From NCBI RefSeq assembly GCF_036365525.1, contig NC_090376.1, forward strand, positions 44,501,157 to 44,565,156: a DNA stretch of 64,000 bases. Direction: 5' to 3'. The first letter of the stretch is position 1, and the number at the start of each line of letters is the position of its first letter. Under the pieces are notes generated by a model. The model worked only from the letters and a program-made list of their open reading frames with translations, did no database searches and had not been told where the DNA came from. This DNA is from Heterodontus francisci (taxonomy: Eukaryota). This document shows, in pieces, positions 34,650-46,949 of the stretch. The position numbers and the translations under genes are program-made.

Positions 34650-36417
34650 ATAGAAACATAGAAAATAGGAGCAGTAGGCCATTTGGCCCTTTGAGCCTGC
34701 ACTGCCGTTCATTACAATCATGGCTGATCGTCAAAACTCAGTACCCTGTTCCCGCTTTCTCCCCATATCCCTTGATTCCTTTTGCCTCAAGAACTATATC
34801 TAACTCTTTCTTGAATATATTTAATGATTTGGCCGCAATTGCTTTCTGTGGTACAGAATTCCACAGGTTCACCACTCTCTGGGATGACCAAGGCGGGAGG
34901 AGTGTCCTGTTTATGCTAGTTCCACTTCTCCATGGGTCACAACATATATTTAAATTTTTTCCCACTTACCGATACAATCAGTCATCGACTCTTTTTACCC
35001 CAGAATAAAACACACCAACCAGGTTTCTTTAATAAACAACAAAATTATCAGTTTATTATAAAACCTGTCTTAATCCGTAATGAGGTAAAGCATAAACACA
35101 CAGATCGAAATATTAAAATTCCCTTTTTACCTTAGCCCCTCACACTCACACACATATATATACCGATTAACCAGAAAAATAAAGGGATTTGTGTTTTGGA
35201 GCTCTATTACAAAAAAACTTGGGTTAAATACTTGCTAATTCTTGAAGAGAAGATATGAAAAGATGTCCTTTGTTTTATTTTGGTGCCCTAAATGCATATA
35301 GATGGCCATCACTATAACAGTTCTTTCCAGGTGTCCAGTCCTGTCAGAACTTTGTAGGTTTCTATGAGATCCTCCCTCATTCTTCTAAACTCTAGCAAAT
35401 ACAAGCCTAATCAACCCAATCTCTTTTCATACGTCAGTCCTGCCATCCCAGGAATCAGTCTGGTGAACCTTCGCTGCACTCCCTCCATAGCAAGAACATC
35501 CTTCCTCAAGAGACCAAAACTGCACACAATACTTCAGATGTGGTCTCACCAAGGCCTTGTATAACTGCAGCAAGACATCCTTGCTCCTGTACTCGAATCC
35601 TCTCGCTATGAAGGCCAACATACCATTTGCCTTCTTAACTGCCTGCTGCACTTGCATGCTTACTTTCAGCGACTGGTGCAGAAGGACATCCAGGTCTGGC
35701 TGCACCTCCCCCTTTCCCAATCTATCGCTGTTCAGATAATAATCTGCCTTTCTGTTTTTGCCACCAAAGTGGATAACCTCACATTTATCCACATTATACT
35801 GCATCTGCCATGTATTTGCCCACTCACTCAACCTGTCCAAATCACACTGGAGCTTCTCTGCATCCTCCTCACAGCTCACACTCGCACCCAGCTTTGTGTC
35901 ATCTGCAAACTTGGATATATTACATTTAATTCCCTCATCTATATCATTTATATTGTGAATAGCTGGGGTCCTAGCATTGATCCCTGCGGTACCCCACTAG
36001 TCACTGCCTGCCACTTGGAAAAAGACCCGTTTATTACTATTCTTTGTTTTCTGTCTGCCAACCAGTTCACTATCCATGTCAGTACCTTACCCCGATCCCA
36101 TGTGCTTTAATTCTGCACGCTAATCTCTTATGTGAGACCTTACCGAAAGCCTTCTGAAAGTCCAAATACACTACATCCACTGGTTCTCCCTTATCTATTC
36201 TACTAGTTAGATCCTCCAAAGATTCAGCAGATTTGTCAAGCATGTCGTAAATCCATGTTAACTTTGTCCGATCATGTCATTGTTTTCCAAGTACTCTGTT
36301 ATTACATCTTTTATAATGGACTCTACATTTTCTCCACTACTGATGTCAGGCTAACCGGTCTATACGTCCCTGTTTTCTCTCTGCCTCCTTTTTTTAAATA
36401 GTGTGGTTACATTAGCT
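34650..36417 (-). mobile_element. CR1 LINE 3' fragment (similar to 4669-6609) containing an LTR patch
   Basis: LQCDLDRLSEWA and LVRPHLKYCVQFW; 3' tail CATAGAAACATAGAAAATAGGAGCAG. Confidence 0.88.
34884..35330 (-). mobile_element. Inverted partial LTR of the 30244-34359 family
   Basis: Reverse complement of roughly 31560-31816 joined to 34171-34355. Confidence 0.8.
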
Positions 36418-36906
36418 AGGCAGTTAAGAGTCAACCACATTGCTGTGGATCTGGAGTCACGTGTAGGCCAGACTGCGTAAGAACGGCAGATTTCTCCACC
36501 CCGAAGGACATTAGTGAACCAGATGGGTTTTTACAACAATTCCGTAGTTTCATAATCATGATTAACGAGACTATATTTTTATTCCAGATTTATTAATTGA
36601 ATTTAAATTCTCCCAGTGCCATGGTGTGAATTGAACGAATGTCTCTGGAGCATTAGTCCGGGCCTCTGAATTACTAATCCAGTAACATTACTACTATGCT
36701 ACCCTCCCAGGTCAATTTTAGTGGTGGTAGTAAAAAAAAAATTAAGATTTTTAAAAAACTGAATTAAAACTGCATGATGGGGTTTGAACCCTCATTTTCT
36801 GATTAGTCCAATCCTCTTCAATATCAGTCTAATAGAGTAACCACTATGCTATTGTACTCTTGGCTTACTGGAAAAGGAGCTTTATCTGGCATATAACCAT
36901 GCATCA

Positions 36907-39900
36907 TATTACGAGTGCTTTCATTTTTTTGTTAAACTTTGAAGATTTGCAGTTTAAAACTGAAAAGAAGTCCATGGAATTTTTTTTAAGGGACACTGAG
37001 CAGTCTGGACTGTAAACAGTTACTGAAAGGCACCTGTCTTCAAATAATTACCCAGCAGGGGTTGTTTTGGACTTGGGGAACGATGTTTTCAGGGAAGTGA
37101 CAGGTTAAGATTTATAGGGATCAGGAGGCTTGACTCCTGACATTTTTTATGGTTTCGCTTTCGACAGTAAATTGGGAATTGCCAAGGAAGCAAAACCCCA
37201 GTTCAGTCTGTTCCAGCACTTTGAAAACGCCTGCCAGTTTTCCATCTCGAGAAGCTGAGAGGCAAGTACAAGAAACTGCCTGAAACTGTTACTACATTTT
37301 TTCTAGAAAGCCTGCCCAATCTGATCTTCAACTCCGTCTGATTAAACTGTTCTAGGAAGATCCCAGTGACAGCCATCTATACGTATTTGGGACGCCAAAC
37401 CAAAAAGGACTTCTGACATCTTTTCATATCTTCTCTTTTTTTCTTCAAGAATTAACAAATATTTTGGCCAACATATTCTTTTTCTGTTTTTTTGTACTGG
37501 AGCTCTAAAAGAACAAAGAACAGTACAGCACAGGAACAGGCCATTCGGCCCTCCAAGCCTGCGCCGATCTTGATGCCTGCCTAAACTAACACCTTCTGCA
37601 CTTCTGGGGCCCATATCCCTCTATTCCCTTCCTATTCATGTATTTGTCAAGATGTCTCTTAAACGTCGCTATCGTATCTGCTTCCACCACCTCCCCTGGC
37701 AGCAAGTTCCAGGCACTCACCACCCTCTGTGTAAAAAACTTGCCTCGCACATCCCCTCTAAACTTTGCCCCTCACACCTTAAACCTATGTCCCCTAGTAA
37801 CTGACTCTTCCACCCTGAGGAAAAGCTTCTGAATATCCACTATGTCCATGCCGCTCATAACTTTGTAAACCTCTATCATGTCGCCCCTCCACCTCCGTCG
37901 TTCCAGTGAAAACAATCCGAGTTTTTCCAACCTCTCCTCATAGCTAATGCCCTCCAGACCAGGCAACATCCTGGTAAACCTCCTCTGTACCCTCTCCAAA
38001 GCCTCCACGTCCTTCTGGTAGTGTGGCGACCAGAATTGCACGCAATATTCTAAGTGTGGCCTAATTAAGGTTCTGTACAGCTGCAACATGACTTGCCAAT
38101 TTTTATACTCTATGCCCCGACCAATGAAGGCAAGTATGCCGTATGCCTTCTTGACTACCTTATCCACCTGCGCTGCCACTTTCAGTGAATTGTGGACCTG
38201 TACACCCAGATCTCTCTGCCTGTCAATACTCCTAAGGGTTCTGCCATTTACTGTATACCTCCCACCTGCATTAGACCTTCCAAAATGCATTACCTCACAT
38301 TTGTCCGGATTAAAATCCATCTGCCATTCCTCCGCCCAAGTCTCCAACCGATCTATATCCTGTTGTATCCTCTGACAATCCTCATCAGTATCCGCAACTC
38401 CACCAACCTTTATGTCGTCCACAAACTTACTAATCAGACCAGCTACATTTTTCTCCAAATCATTTACGTATACTACAAACAGCAAAGGTCCCAGCACTGA
38501 TTCCTGCAGAACACCACTAGTCACATCCCTCCATTCAGAAAAACACCCATCCACTGATACCCTCTGTCTTCTGTGACCGAGCCATTTCTGTATCCATCTT
38601 GCCAGCTCTCCTCTGATCCCGTGTGACTTCACCTTTTGTACCAGTCTGCCATGAGGGACCTTGTCAAAGGCTTTACTGAAGTCCATATAGACAACATCCA
38701 CTGCCCTTCCCTCATCAATCATCTTCGTCACTTCCTCAAAAAACTCAATCAAATTAGTAAGACACGACCTCCCCTTCACAAAACATGCTGTCTCTCGCTA
38801 ATAAGTTTGTTTGTTTCCAAATGGGAGTAAATCCTGTCCCGAATAATCCTCTCGAATAGTTTCCCTACCACTGACGTAAGGCTCACCGGCCTATAATTTC
38901 CTGGATTATCCTTACCACCCTTCTGAAACAAAGGAACAACATTGGCTATTCTCCAGTCCTCTGGGACCTCACCTGTAGCCAATGAGGATGCAAAGATTTC
39001 TGTCAAGGCCCCAGCAATTTCTTCCCTTGCCTCCCTCAGTACTCTAGGGTAAATCAGGCCCTGAGGACTTATCTACCTTAATGCTTTGCAAGACACCCAA
39101 CACCTCCTCCTTTTTGATAATGAGATGACTGAGACTATCTGCACTCCCTTCCCTCGGCTCATCATCCACCAAGTCCTTCTCTTTGGTGAATACTGATGCA
39201 AAGTACCCATTTAGCACCTCGCCCATTTCCTCTGGCTCCACACATAGATTCCCATCTCTGTCCTTGAGTGGGCCAACCCTTTCCCTGGTTACCCTCTTGC
39301 TCTTTATATATGTATAAAAAGCCTTGGGATTTTCCTTAATCCTGTTTGCCAATGACTTTTCATGACCCCTTTTAGCCCTCCTAACTCCTTTCTTAAGTTC
39401 CTTCCTACTGTCTTTATATTCCTCAAGTGCTTTGTCTGTTCCTAGCCTTCCAGCCCTTACAAATGCTTCCCTTTTCTTTTTGACTAGGCTCACAATATCC
39501 CGTGTTATCCAAGCTTCCTGAAACTTGCCAAACTCGTCTTTCTTCCTCACAGGAACATGCTGGTCCTGAATTCTAATCAGCTGACATTTGAAAGACTCCC
39601 ACATGTCAGATGTTGATTTACCCTCAAAAAGCCGCCCCCAATCTAAATTCTTCAGTTCCTGCCTAATATTGTTATAATTAGCCTTCCCCCAATTTAGCAT
39701 CTTCACCCGAGGACTACTCTTATCCTTATCCACAAGTACCTTAAAACTTATGGAATTATGGTCATTGCTGAAGAGTAAATCTCTATTTTTTCAGTTAACC
39801 GGTGTACGTTTGTGTGTGTGTGTGTGCGTGCGACAGACTACGGTAAAAAGGGAACTTCTATATTTAGACCTGTGTGTTTACGCTTTGCTTCATCACTAGT

Positions 39901-40093
39901 TAAGACTTGTTTTATAATAAATTGATAATTTTGTTGTTTATTAAAGAAACCTGGTTGGTGCGCTTTATTCTGGGATAAAGAGAGTCTATGATTGACCACA
40001 TTGTTAAGTGGGAAAAAATTTAAATATATGTTGTGACCTGTGGAGAAGTGGAACTAGAATAAACAGTGTACTCCTTCCGCCTCGGGCGTAACA
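36907..40093 (+). mobile_element. Solo LTR with 4-bp TSD ATCA, containing a CR1
   Basis: ATCA|TATTACGAGTGC...GGGCGTAACA|ATCA; homologous to 30244-34359. Confidence 0.85.
37509..39768 (-). mobile_element. 5'-truncated CR1/HER1 LINE with few lesions
   Basis: ORFs 39044..39733, 38776..39006 and 37772..38779 are consecutive ORF2 pieces; (TTCTTTG)n tail. Confidence 0.95.
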
Positions 40094-40239
40094 ATCACCT
40101 GGGAACAATTGATGCATCAGTATGTTCCAAAAATGAATAAAATATCAAACATGATCATCCTCATTTTAAGAAAATCAAACAAAAAATAAAATATGAAATT
40201 CACCTAACACATTTTAAAAGGAAGAAAATATGCCAATGG

Positions 40240-41045
40240 AAACATAGGCACGTAGGAGTACATAGGAATAGACGCAAGCTGGTCGAGTCTGTTCTGTCAT
40301 TCAGTGAGATAATGGCTGATCAGCAATGCCTTTGCCCATATTCCTTAATATCTTTGGCTAACAAAAATCTATCAATCTCAGATTTAAAAATTATCAACTG
40401 ATCCAGCAGCAGTTGCTGCTTGCAGAAGAGTTCCAAACTTCTATAACCTTTTGTGTATAGAAGTGTTCTTAACGTCACTCCTGAAAAGTCTGGCTCTTAA
40501 CTTTTAGGCTTTGGCCCCTAGTCATAGACTCTTCAACCAGCGAAAATAGGTTCCATCTATCTACCCTATCTGTTCCCCTTAATATCTTGAAAACTTTGAT
40601 CAAATCTCCCCTTAGCTTTCTAAATTCCAGGGCAACAACCCTAATTTGTGCAATCTCCTCATAGATTAAACCTTGCAGTCCAGGTATCATTCTGGTAAAT
40701 TTATGCTGCACTCCTTCCAAAGCCCATATATCCTTTCTAAGGTGTGGTGCCTAGAACTGCTCACAGTCCAGATGTGATCTAACCAGGGCTATGCATCGCT
40801 AAAGAATTTCTTCTACCCCCTTGAATTCTAGTCCTCTAGATATAAAGGCCAACATCCATTAGCCTCTTTGATTATTTTCTGTAACTTCATTACATTTGAA
40901 TGATCTAGGTACCTGGAGCCCCAACTATCTTTGGACCTCCGCTTTTTCTAGGTTTTCACCAATTATAAAGCACCCTGTTCTACCTTTTTTAGCTCCAAAG
41001 TAGATGACCTCCCACTTGTCCACACTGAAATCTATTTGCCAGTTT
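40240..41045 (-). mobile_element. Old CR1 3' fragment
   Basis: EGVQHKFTRMIPGL and LRGDLIKVFKIL. Confidence 0.8.
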
Positions 41046-41536
41046 TGCTTAAACTCTGCAATTTTATACACAACTTGCTCTGCCATATCTTTGTCTGGAT
41101 TACTTACAAGTTTGTTGTAAGTTTTCTTTTGCTACACACTACTTATACTAAGCACTAAAACACTGGGCAAAAAATGTTAATACTTACTGCCTGAAGCTTA
41201 CACAAACCACAGGTATTGCGGGCAAAATGCAGCACTGCATTTTCACTCTCACCAGATTCCCCACTTATGCACTCTGTGTGTTTAAGATAACATGCTTCCT
41301 TTGTACATTAAACGAGACAAAAAATTCTAATTAATATTTTGCCTGTCCTATCAGACACCTTCCATTTCAGGTATCTCTTTTCTGCTGGGAACTGCTCTGC
41401 TGATGAGAGAACGGTAGTAAGCAATCCAACTGAAATTCTTTAAATCAGCATTAGGATGGTTACCCCTTGATGCCAATCACGTATCTCAAATCAGGAAAAA
41501 TTAGGAAAAAGCTGAATCTACATAGGGTAAAGAAAG

Positions 41537-42580
41537 TGTTATGGCCAGGTAAAGAGGAGGTCTCAGGCTCCCCTTTCGCCCCTTCTCTGGTTTGACCGCA
41601 ACAAGGATTTATCCTTTTTTAAACACAGTGGTTGAACTTAGCACCTCTGTGAGCGCTTGCTCCTGTTCTTCTAATGTAATTGCAAAAGAAGCAGACAGGT
41701 TTTCTTGCGTTTAAACAAGAATGATGTTAGCTTATTACTCTTAACACTCTAAACACAGCTAAAATGCTAATATACGCTACACATTCACACACACATTCAC
41801 ACGAGAGTCACACACAAATAGATTACAGATGGAAAACAGATTTGGTGGTTGGATTAAAATCTGGAATAAATGGAATTTAAATACAGTTTTGAGTCTCAAG
41901 TCCGCAGCTGAAGTTGTATTCCTGAAGTCCTCGCTGAGCCACGTGCACGGTGGTGGGCTTGCTTTTGTCAGATGTCCTGAAGGCAGAACAGGGGTTCCAC
42001 CTGTGGTGGTCTGTAGGCTTGAGTGGGGGCTTTCCAGTTGCAGCCAGGCCATCACGTAATATTTACTGGAGAGAGAGATAAAGAGAGCGAGAGAGAGACC
42101 TGCCTCATTGATGGCTTTTCAGTGACTCCTATGCATTGTCTGTGACAAAGCTTACAGTCTCTCCAGAGCTGCGCAGGCAGTCACATGACACTATCAAACC
42201 CCTTTGTTCTGTTAATGAGGTTTTTCTGGAATCTTCTCTGAGATTCAAGGCGTTACACCTCAAGACATCCAGTCACATTTGGAGGGGATTGGCTCTTTCA
42301 AAGTCAATGGGTGTAGATGGCCCTGACCACCGTGTTGATAAGGCCATTCCAGGTAATTTAATCACGGAGAGCACCTCATGGTTCTGGCCAGGTTGAATCA
42401 GACTTGTCGTCTCCAATCTGATCTTTTGGTGTTTCAAGTGTAAATTGTAGTGGCCATCTTGGCTGCCAGTAACTTTTTTTTTAGTAAAGTTACTTGTAAG
42501 AATTTCCAGTAAAAGTGTAATGCAAGGTTCCAACCGATGAAATTAATATTTCCCATTTGGCATATCGGGTTTTCATGACA
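41537..42580 (-). mobile_element. Intact solo LTR (1044 bp) with 4-bp TSD AAAG
   Basis: AAAG|TGTTATG...CATGACA|AAAG; TG...CA termini with a short inverted repeat. Confidence 0.85.
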
Positions 42581-42890
42581 AAAGCCTTGCATTTGTATAG
42601 TGCCTTCCACGACCTCAGGACATCCTAAAGTGATTTTCACCAATTAAGTACTTTTGAATTGTTTCTTTCCAGTGTAACTTCTGTTGTAATGTAGGAAATG
42701 CGACAGACAATTCTGAGCACAGCAAGGTCCACAAACGGCAATGTGATAATATTCAGATTTTTAGTGGTGTTGGTTGAGGAATAAATATTGACCATGACTC
42801 CCCTGCTTATCTTTGTAGTAGTGCTGCAGGATCTTTTCATTCACATGAGAGGGGGGACAAGACCTTGGTTTGACACCTCATCCGATAAAC
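42581..42890 (-). mobile_element. Deu-domain SINE (SacSINE1/AmnSINE-like) fragment
   Basis: GGATCTTTT..TTCAC.TGAGAGGG..GAC....CCTTGGTTTGACACCTCATCCGA resembles the reverse Deu core; L2-type tail TTGCATTTGTATAGTGCC. Confidence 0.7.
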
Positions 42891-43065
42891 TAACATTCAG
42901 GACAGATCCAGATAAAAATCAAAATGTCCTGTAGAGTGACTTGCTGACAACTATTGAAAGTATAATCCTACACTTTTCTTATATTAAGAAAAAACAGTTC
43001 CAATGTTATCAATAACAAACAACACTCCTTATTCCATAAACATAAATTCATCAACTAGTACACAT

Positions 43066-46000
43066 GGGGGAGGTGGTGGCGTATGGTAATATCACTAGAC
43101 TAGTAACCCAGAGCCCCAGGCTAATGCTTTGGGGACATGGGTTTGAATCCCACCACGGCAGATGGTGAAATTTGAATTAAATTAATAAATCTGGAATTTT
43201 AAAAAAGCTAGTCCAATGGTGACCATGAAGCCAGTGTCAATTGTTGTGACATCCCATCTGGTTCACTAATGTCCTTTAGGGAAGGAAATCTGCCATCCTT
43301 ACAGCATCGACCTAGGCACCTGAAACGACAATGGCAAACCCAGCCCTGTCGAACCTGCAAAGTACTCCTTACTAACATCTGAGGGCTTGTGCCAAAATTG
43401 GGAGCACTGTCCCACAGACTAATCAAGCAACAGCCTGATATAGTTATACTCATGGAATCATACCTTGCAGACAATGTCCCAGACTCCATCATTACCATCC
43501 CTGGGTATGTCCTGTCCCAGCGGCAGGACAGACCCAACAGAGGTGGCTGCATGGTGGTATACAGTCAGGAGGGAAGTTGCCCTGGGAGTCCTCAACATTG
43601 ACTCATGGGATCAGGTCAAACATGGGCAAGGAATCCTCCTGGTGATTACCACATAACTGATGAATCAGTGCTTCTCCATGTTGAGCACCAATTGGAAGAA
43701 ACACTGAGGGTAGAAAGGACAAAATATGTACTCTGGGTGGGGGACTTCAATGTCCATCATCAAGAGTGGCTCAGTAGCACCACTACTGATCAAGCTGGCT
43801 GAGTCCGAAAGGACATAGCTACTAGACTGTGTCTGCAGCAGGTGGTGAGCAAACCAAAAAGAGGGAAAAACCTACTTGACCTTGTCCTCACCAATCTGCC
43901 TGTCACAGATGCATGACATGTCCATGACAGTATTGGTAGGAGTGACCACCGTACAGTCCTTGTGGAAATGAAGGCCCGTCTTCACACTGAGGTACCCACC
44001 ATCGTGTTGTGTGGCACTACCACCGTGCTAAATGGGATAGATTTCGAACAGATCTAGCAATGCAAAACTGGGCATCCATGAGGTGCTGAGGGCCATCCGC
44101 AGCAGCAGAATTGTATTCAACCACAATCTGTAACCTCATGGCCTAGCATATCCCCCACTCTACCATTACCAATAAGCTGAGGGACCAACCCTGGTTCAAT
44201 GAAGAGTGCAGGAGGGCATGCCAGGAGCAGCACCAGGCATACTTAAAAATGTGTCAGTCAGGTGAAGCTACAACCCAGGACTACTAGCATGCAAACAGTG
44301 GAAGCAGCATGCAATAGACACAGCTAAGCGATCCCACAACCAACAGATCAGGTCTCAGCTCTGGAGTCCCGCCACATCCAGTTGTGAATGGTGGTGGACA
44401 ATTAAACAACTGACAGGAGGAGGAAACTCAACGATGGGGGAGCCCAGCACATCAGTGCAAAAGACAAGGCTGAAGCATCTGCATCCATCTTCATCCAGAA
44501 GTGCCAAGTGGATGATCCATCTCGGCCTCCTCCTGAGGTACCCAGCATCACAGATGCCAGTCTTCAGCCAATCTGATTCACTCCACGTGACATCAAGAAG
44601 CAGCTGAAAGCAGTGGATACTGCAAAGGCTATGAGCCCTGACAATATTCCAGCAATAGTGCTGAAGACTTGTGCTCCAGAACTAACTGCTCCCCTAGCCA
44701 AGCTTTTTCAGTACAACACTGGCATCTACCCAACAATGTGGAAAATTGCCCAGGTATCTCCTGTGCACAAAAACAGGACAAATCCAACCCGGCCAATTAC
44801 CGCCCTATCAGTCTACTCCCTATCATCAGCAACGTGATGGAAGGGGTTGTCGACAGTGCTAACAAGCGGCACTTGCTCAGCAATAACCTGCTCAGATGCT
44901 CAGTTTGGGTTCCACCAGGGCCACTCAGCTCCTGACCTCATTACAGTCTTGGTCCAAACATGGACGAAACAGCTGAACTCCAGAGGTGAGGTGAGAGTGA
45001 CTGCCCTTGACATCAAGGCAGCATTTGAGCGAGTATGGCATCAAGGAGCCCGTGCAAAACAGGAGTCAATGGGAATCACGGGGAAAACTCTCCGCTGGTT
45101 GCAGTCATACCTAGCACAAAGGAAGGTGGTTGTGGTTGTTGGAGGTCAATCATATCAGTTCCAGGACATCACTGCAGGAGTTCCTTAGGGTAGTGTCCCA
45201 GGCCTAATCATCTTCAGCTGCTTCATCAATGACCTTCCCTCCATCATAAGGTCAGAAGTGGGGATGTTCGCTGAAAATTGCACAATGTTCGGCACCATTT
45301 GCAACTCCTCAGATACTGAAGCAGCCCATGTCCAGATGCAGCAATACCTAGACAGCATCCAGGCTTGGGCTGATAAGTGGCAAGTAACATTCGTGCCACA
45401 AAAGTGCCAGGCAATGAACTTCTCAAACAAGAGAGAATCTAACCATCTCCCCTTGACATTCAATGGCATTACCATCGCTGAATCCCCCACTAACATCCTG
45501 GGAGTCACCACTGACCAGAAACTGAACTGGACCAGCCACATAATTGCTGTAGCTACAAGAGCAGGTCAAAGGCTGGGGAATTCTGCAGCGAGTAACTCAC
45601 CTCCTGTCTCTCTGTCCACTAACTACAAGGCACAAGTCAGGAGTATGATAGAATACTTTCCACTTGCCTGGATGGGTGCAGCTTCAATAACTCTTAAGAA
45701 GCTCGCCACCATCCAAGACAAAGCAGCGCCCTTGACTGGCACCATAAACATCACCTTCAACATTCACTCCCTCCACCACCAACAAACAGTGACAGTGTGT
45801 ACCATTTACAAGATGCACTGCAAGAACACATCAAGGCTCCTTCAACAGCACCTTGCAAACCCACAACCTCCACCTAGAAGGACAAGGGCAGCAGGTGCAT
45901 GGAAACACCACCATCTGCAAGTTCCCCTCTAAGCCAAATGCTATCCTGACTTGGAAATATATCGCCCTTCCTTCACTGTCGCTGGATCAACATCCTGTAA

Positions 46001-46155
46001 CTCCATCCCTAACAGCACTGTGAGTGTACCTGCACCAGATGGACTGCAGCGGTTCAAGAAGGTATCTCACCACCACCTTCTCAAGGGCAATTAGGGAAGG
46101 GCAACAACTGCTGGCCTTGCCAGTGACACCCACATCCCATGAAATAAATAAAAAA
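43066..46155 (+). mobile_element. About 3.1-kb CR1-group (possibly Zenon-like) EN-RT LINE with a tRNA-like SINE head and no ORF1; coding region decayed
   Basis: Head 43066-43302 matches the SINE at 6694-6930. EN motifs TNI*GL, PDIVILMES, GDFN, LDLVLTN, SDH; RT motifs NYRPISLL, QFGF, LDIKAAF, GVP*GS, FAEN; tail matches the SINE tail, then poly(A). Confidence 0.88.
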
Positions 46156-46181
46156 CAGAATCAGGCAGTGAAATTGCAGCT

Positions 46182-46854
46182 CACACTCGACATGTTCCCA
46201 AGTGCGTGGACGGGTTGGCGGGACGTGACATGTTTCTTGCTGTGGTGATGCCCACAAATCTTGGACATATCACGACCCCAGCAATGCTCCTTAGTTAGTC
46301 AATGCCTGTATAACGTCAAGCTAAAAATACAGATTATTTGGACATCATATTGCTGTTTCTGGGACCTTAGATCACTGCTGAAATGAAATCAGTACTGTGC
46401 CAGTAGCTACAATACAAAGGCAACATAGGGAAGCTCTCAACCCTCAAAATTAAATGGAATATTTTCAAAGAACGTAGACTACCTGTAGTGACACTTCACA
46501 TTTTTATTTGATTTTCAAAACATCAGCAGTAATTGAAAGATCATAAGCCACACAGTATACATACGCATGCAATGTTGCACAGGTGAGGCTGGTTATGTGA
46601 GTGACATGTTATGGCGTAACGTGCCAGGTTTCTGAACTCTAACACCTGCCTGGCTAACTCTGGCATTCAGCGTGAAGGCAACTTGACTTTATACAGGCAC
46701 TGACTGACCAAGGTCCGCTGCTGGGGCCGTGACATGTCCAAGATCTGTGAGGTGGGCATCACCACAGCAAGAAACACGTCACACCAACCTGTCCACCCTG
46801 TATGTATATATACATACTCACATATATACACACACTTGGAACATGTCAAGCGTG
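46182..46854. repeat. Inverted repeat (arms 46182-46320 and 46682-46854) at the 5' end of intron 1
   Basis: TGTTTCTTGCTGTGGTGATGCCCAC versus GTGGGCATCACCACAGCAAGAAACA, with similarity along the whole arm; the right arm carries an extra TA/CA microsatellite. Confidence 0.9.
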
Positions 46855-46949
46855 CGGAGGCCTGAAACAGAGGCAACACAGAAAAGGTAATATGAAAAGC
46901 TTTAAATCGGTTTTGTTTTAAATTGGTCGTTCAGGCACACCAGATAAGA

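Larger units (their letters stand above)
34540..36708 (-). mobile_element. tRNA-headed SINE (6694 family) split by a CR1: tail 34540-34650, head and core 36418-36708
   Basis: Both halves match the reverse complement of 6694-7098; further degenerate pieces at about 34360-34525 and 36760-36860. Confidence 0.7.

Noticed and set aside
46190-46240. Minus-strand peptide KHVTSRQPVHALGN resembling RPAC2 CVTFVLHEEDHTLGN
   Set aside because: Spacing is wrong, the EED residues are missing and similarity does not extend either side; it lies in an inverted-repeat arm. Treated as chance, though tblastn would settle it.
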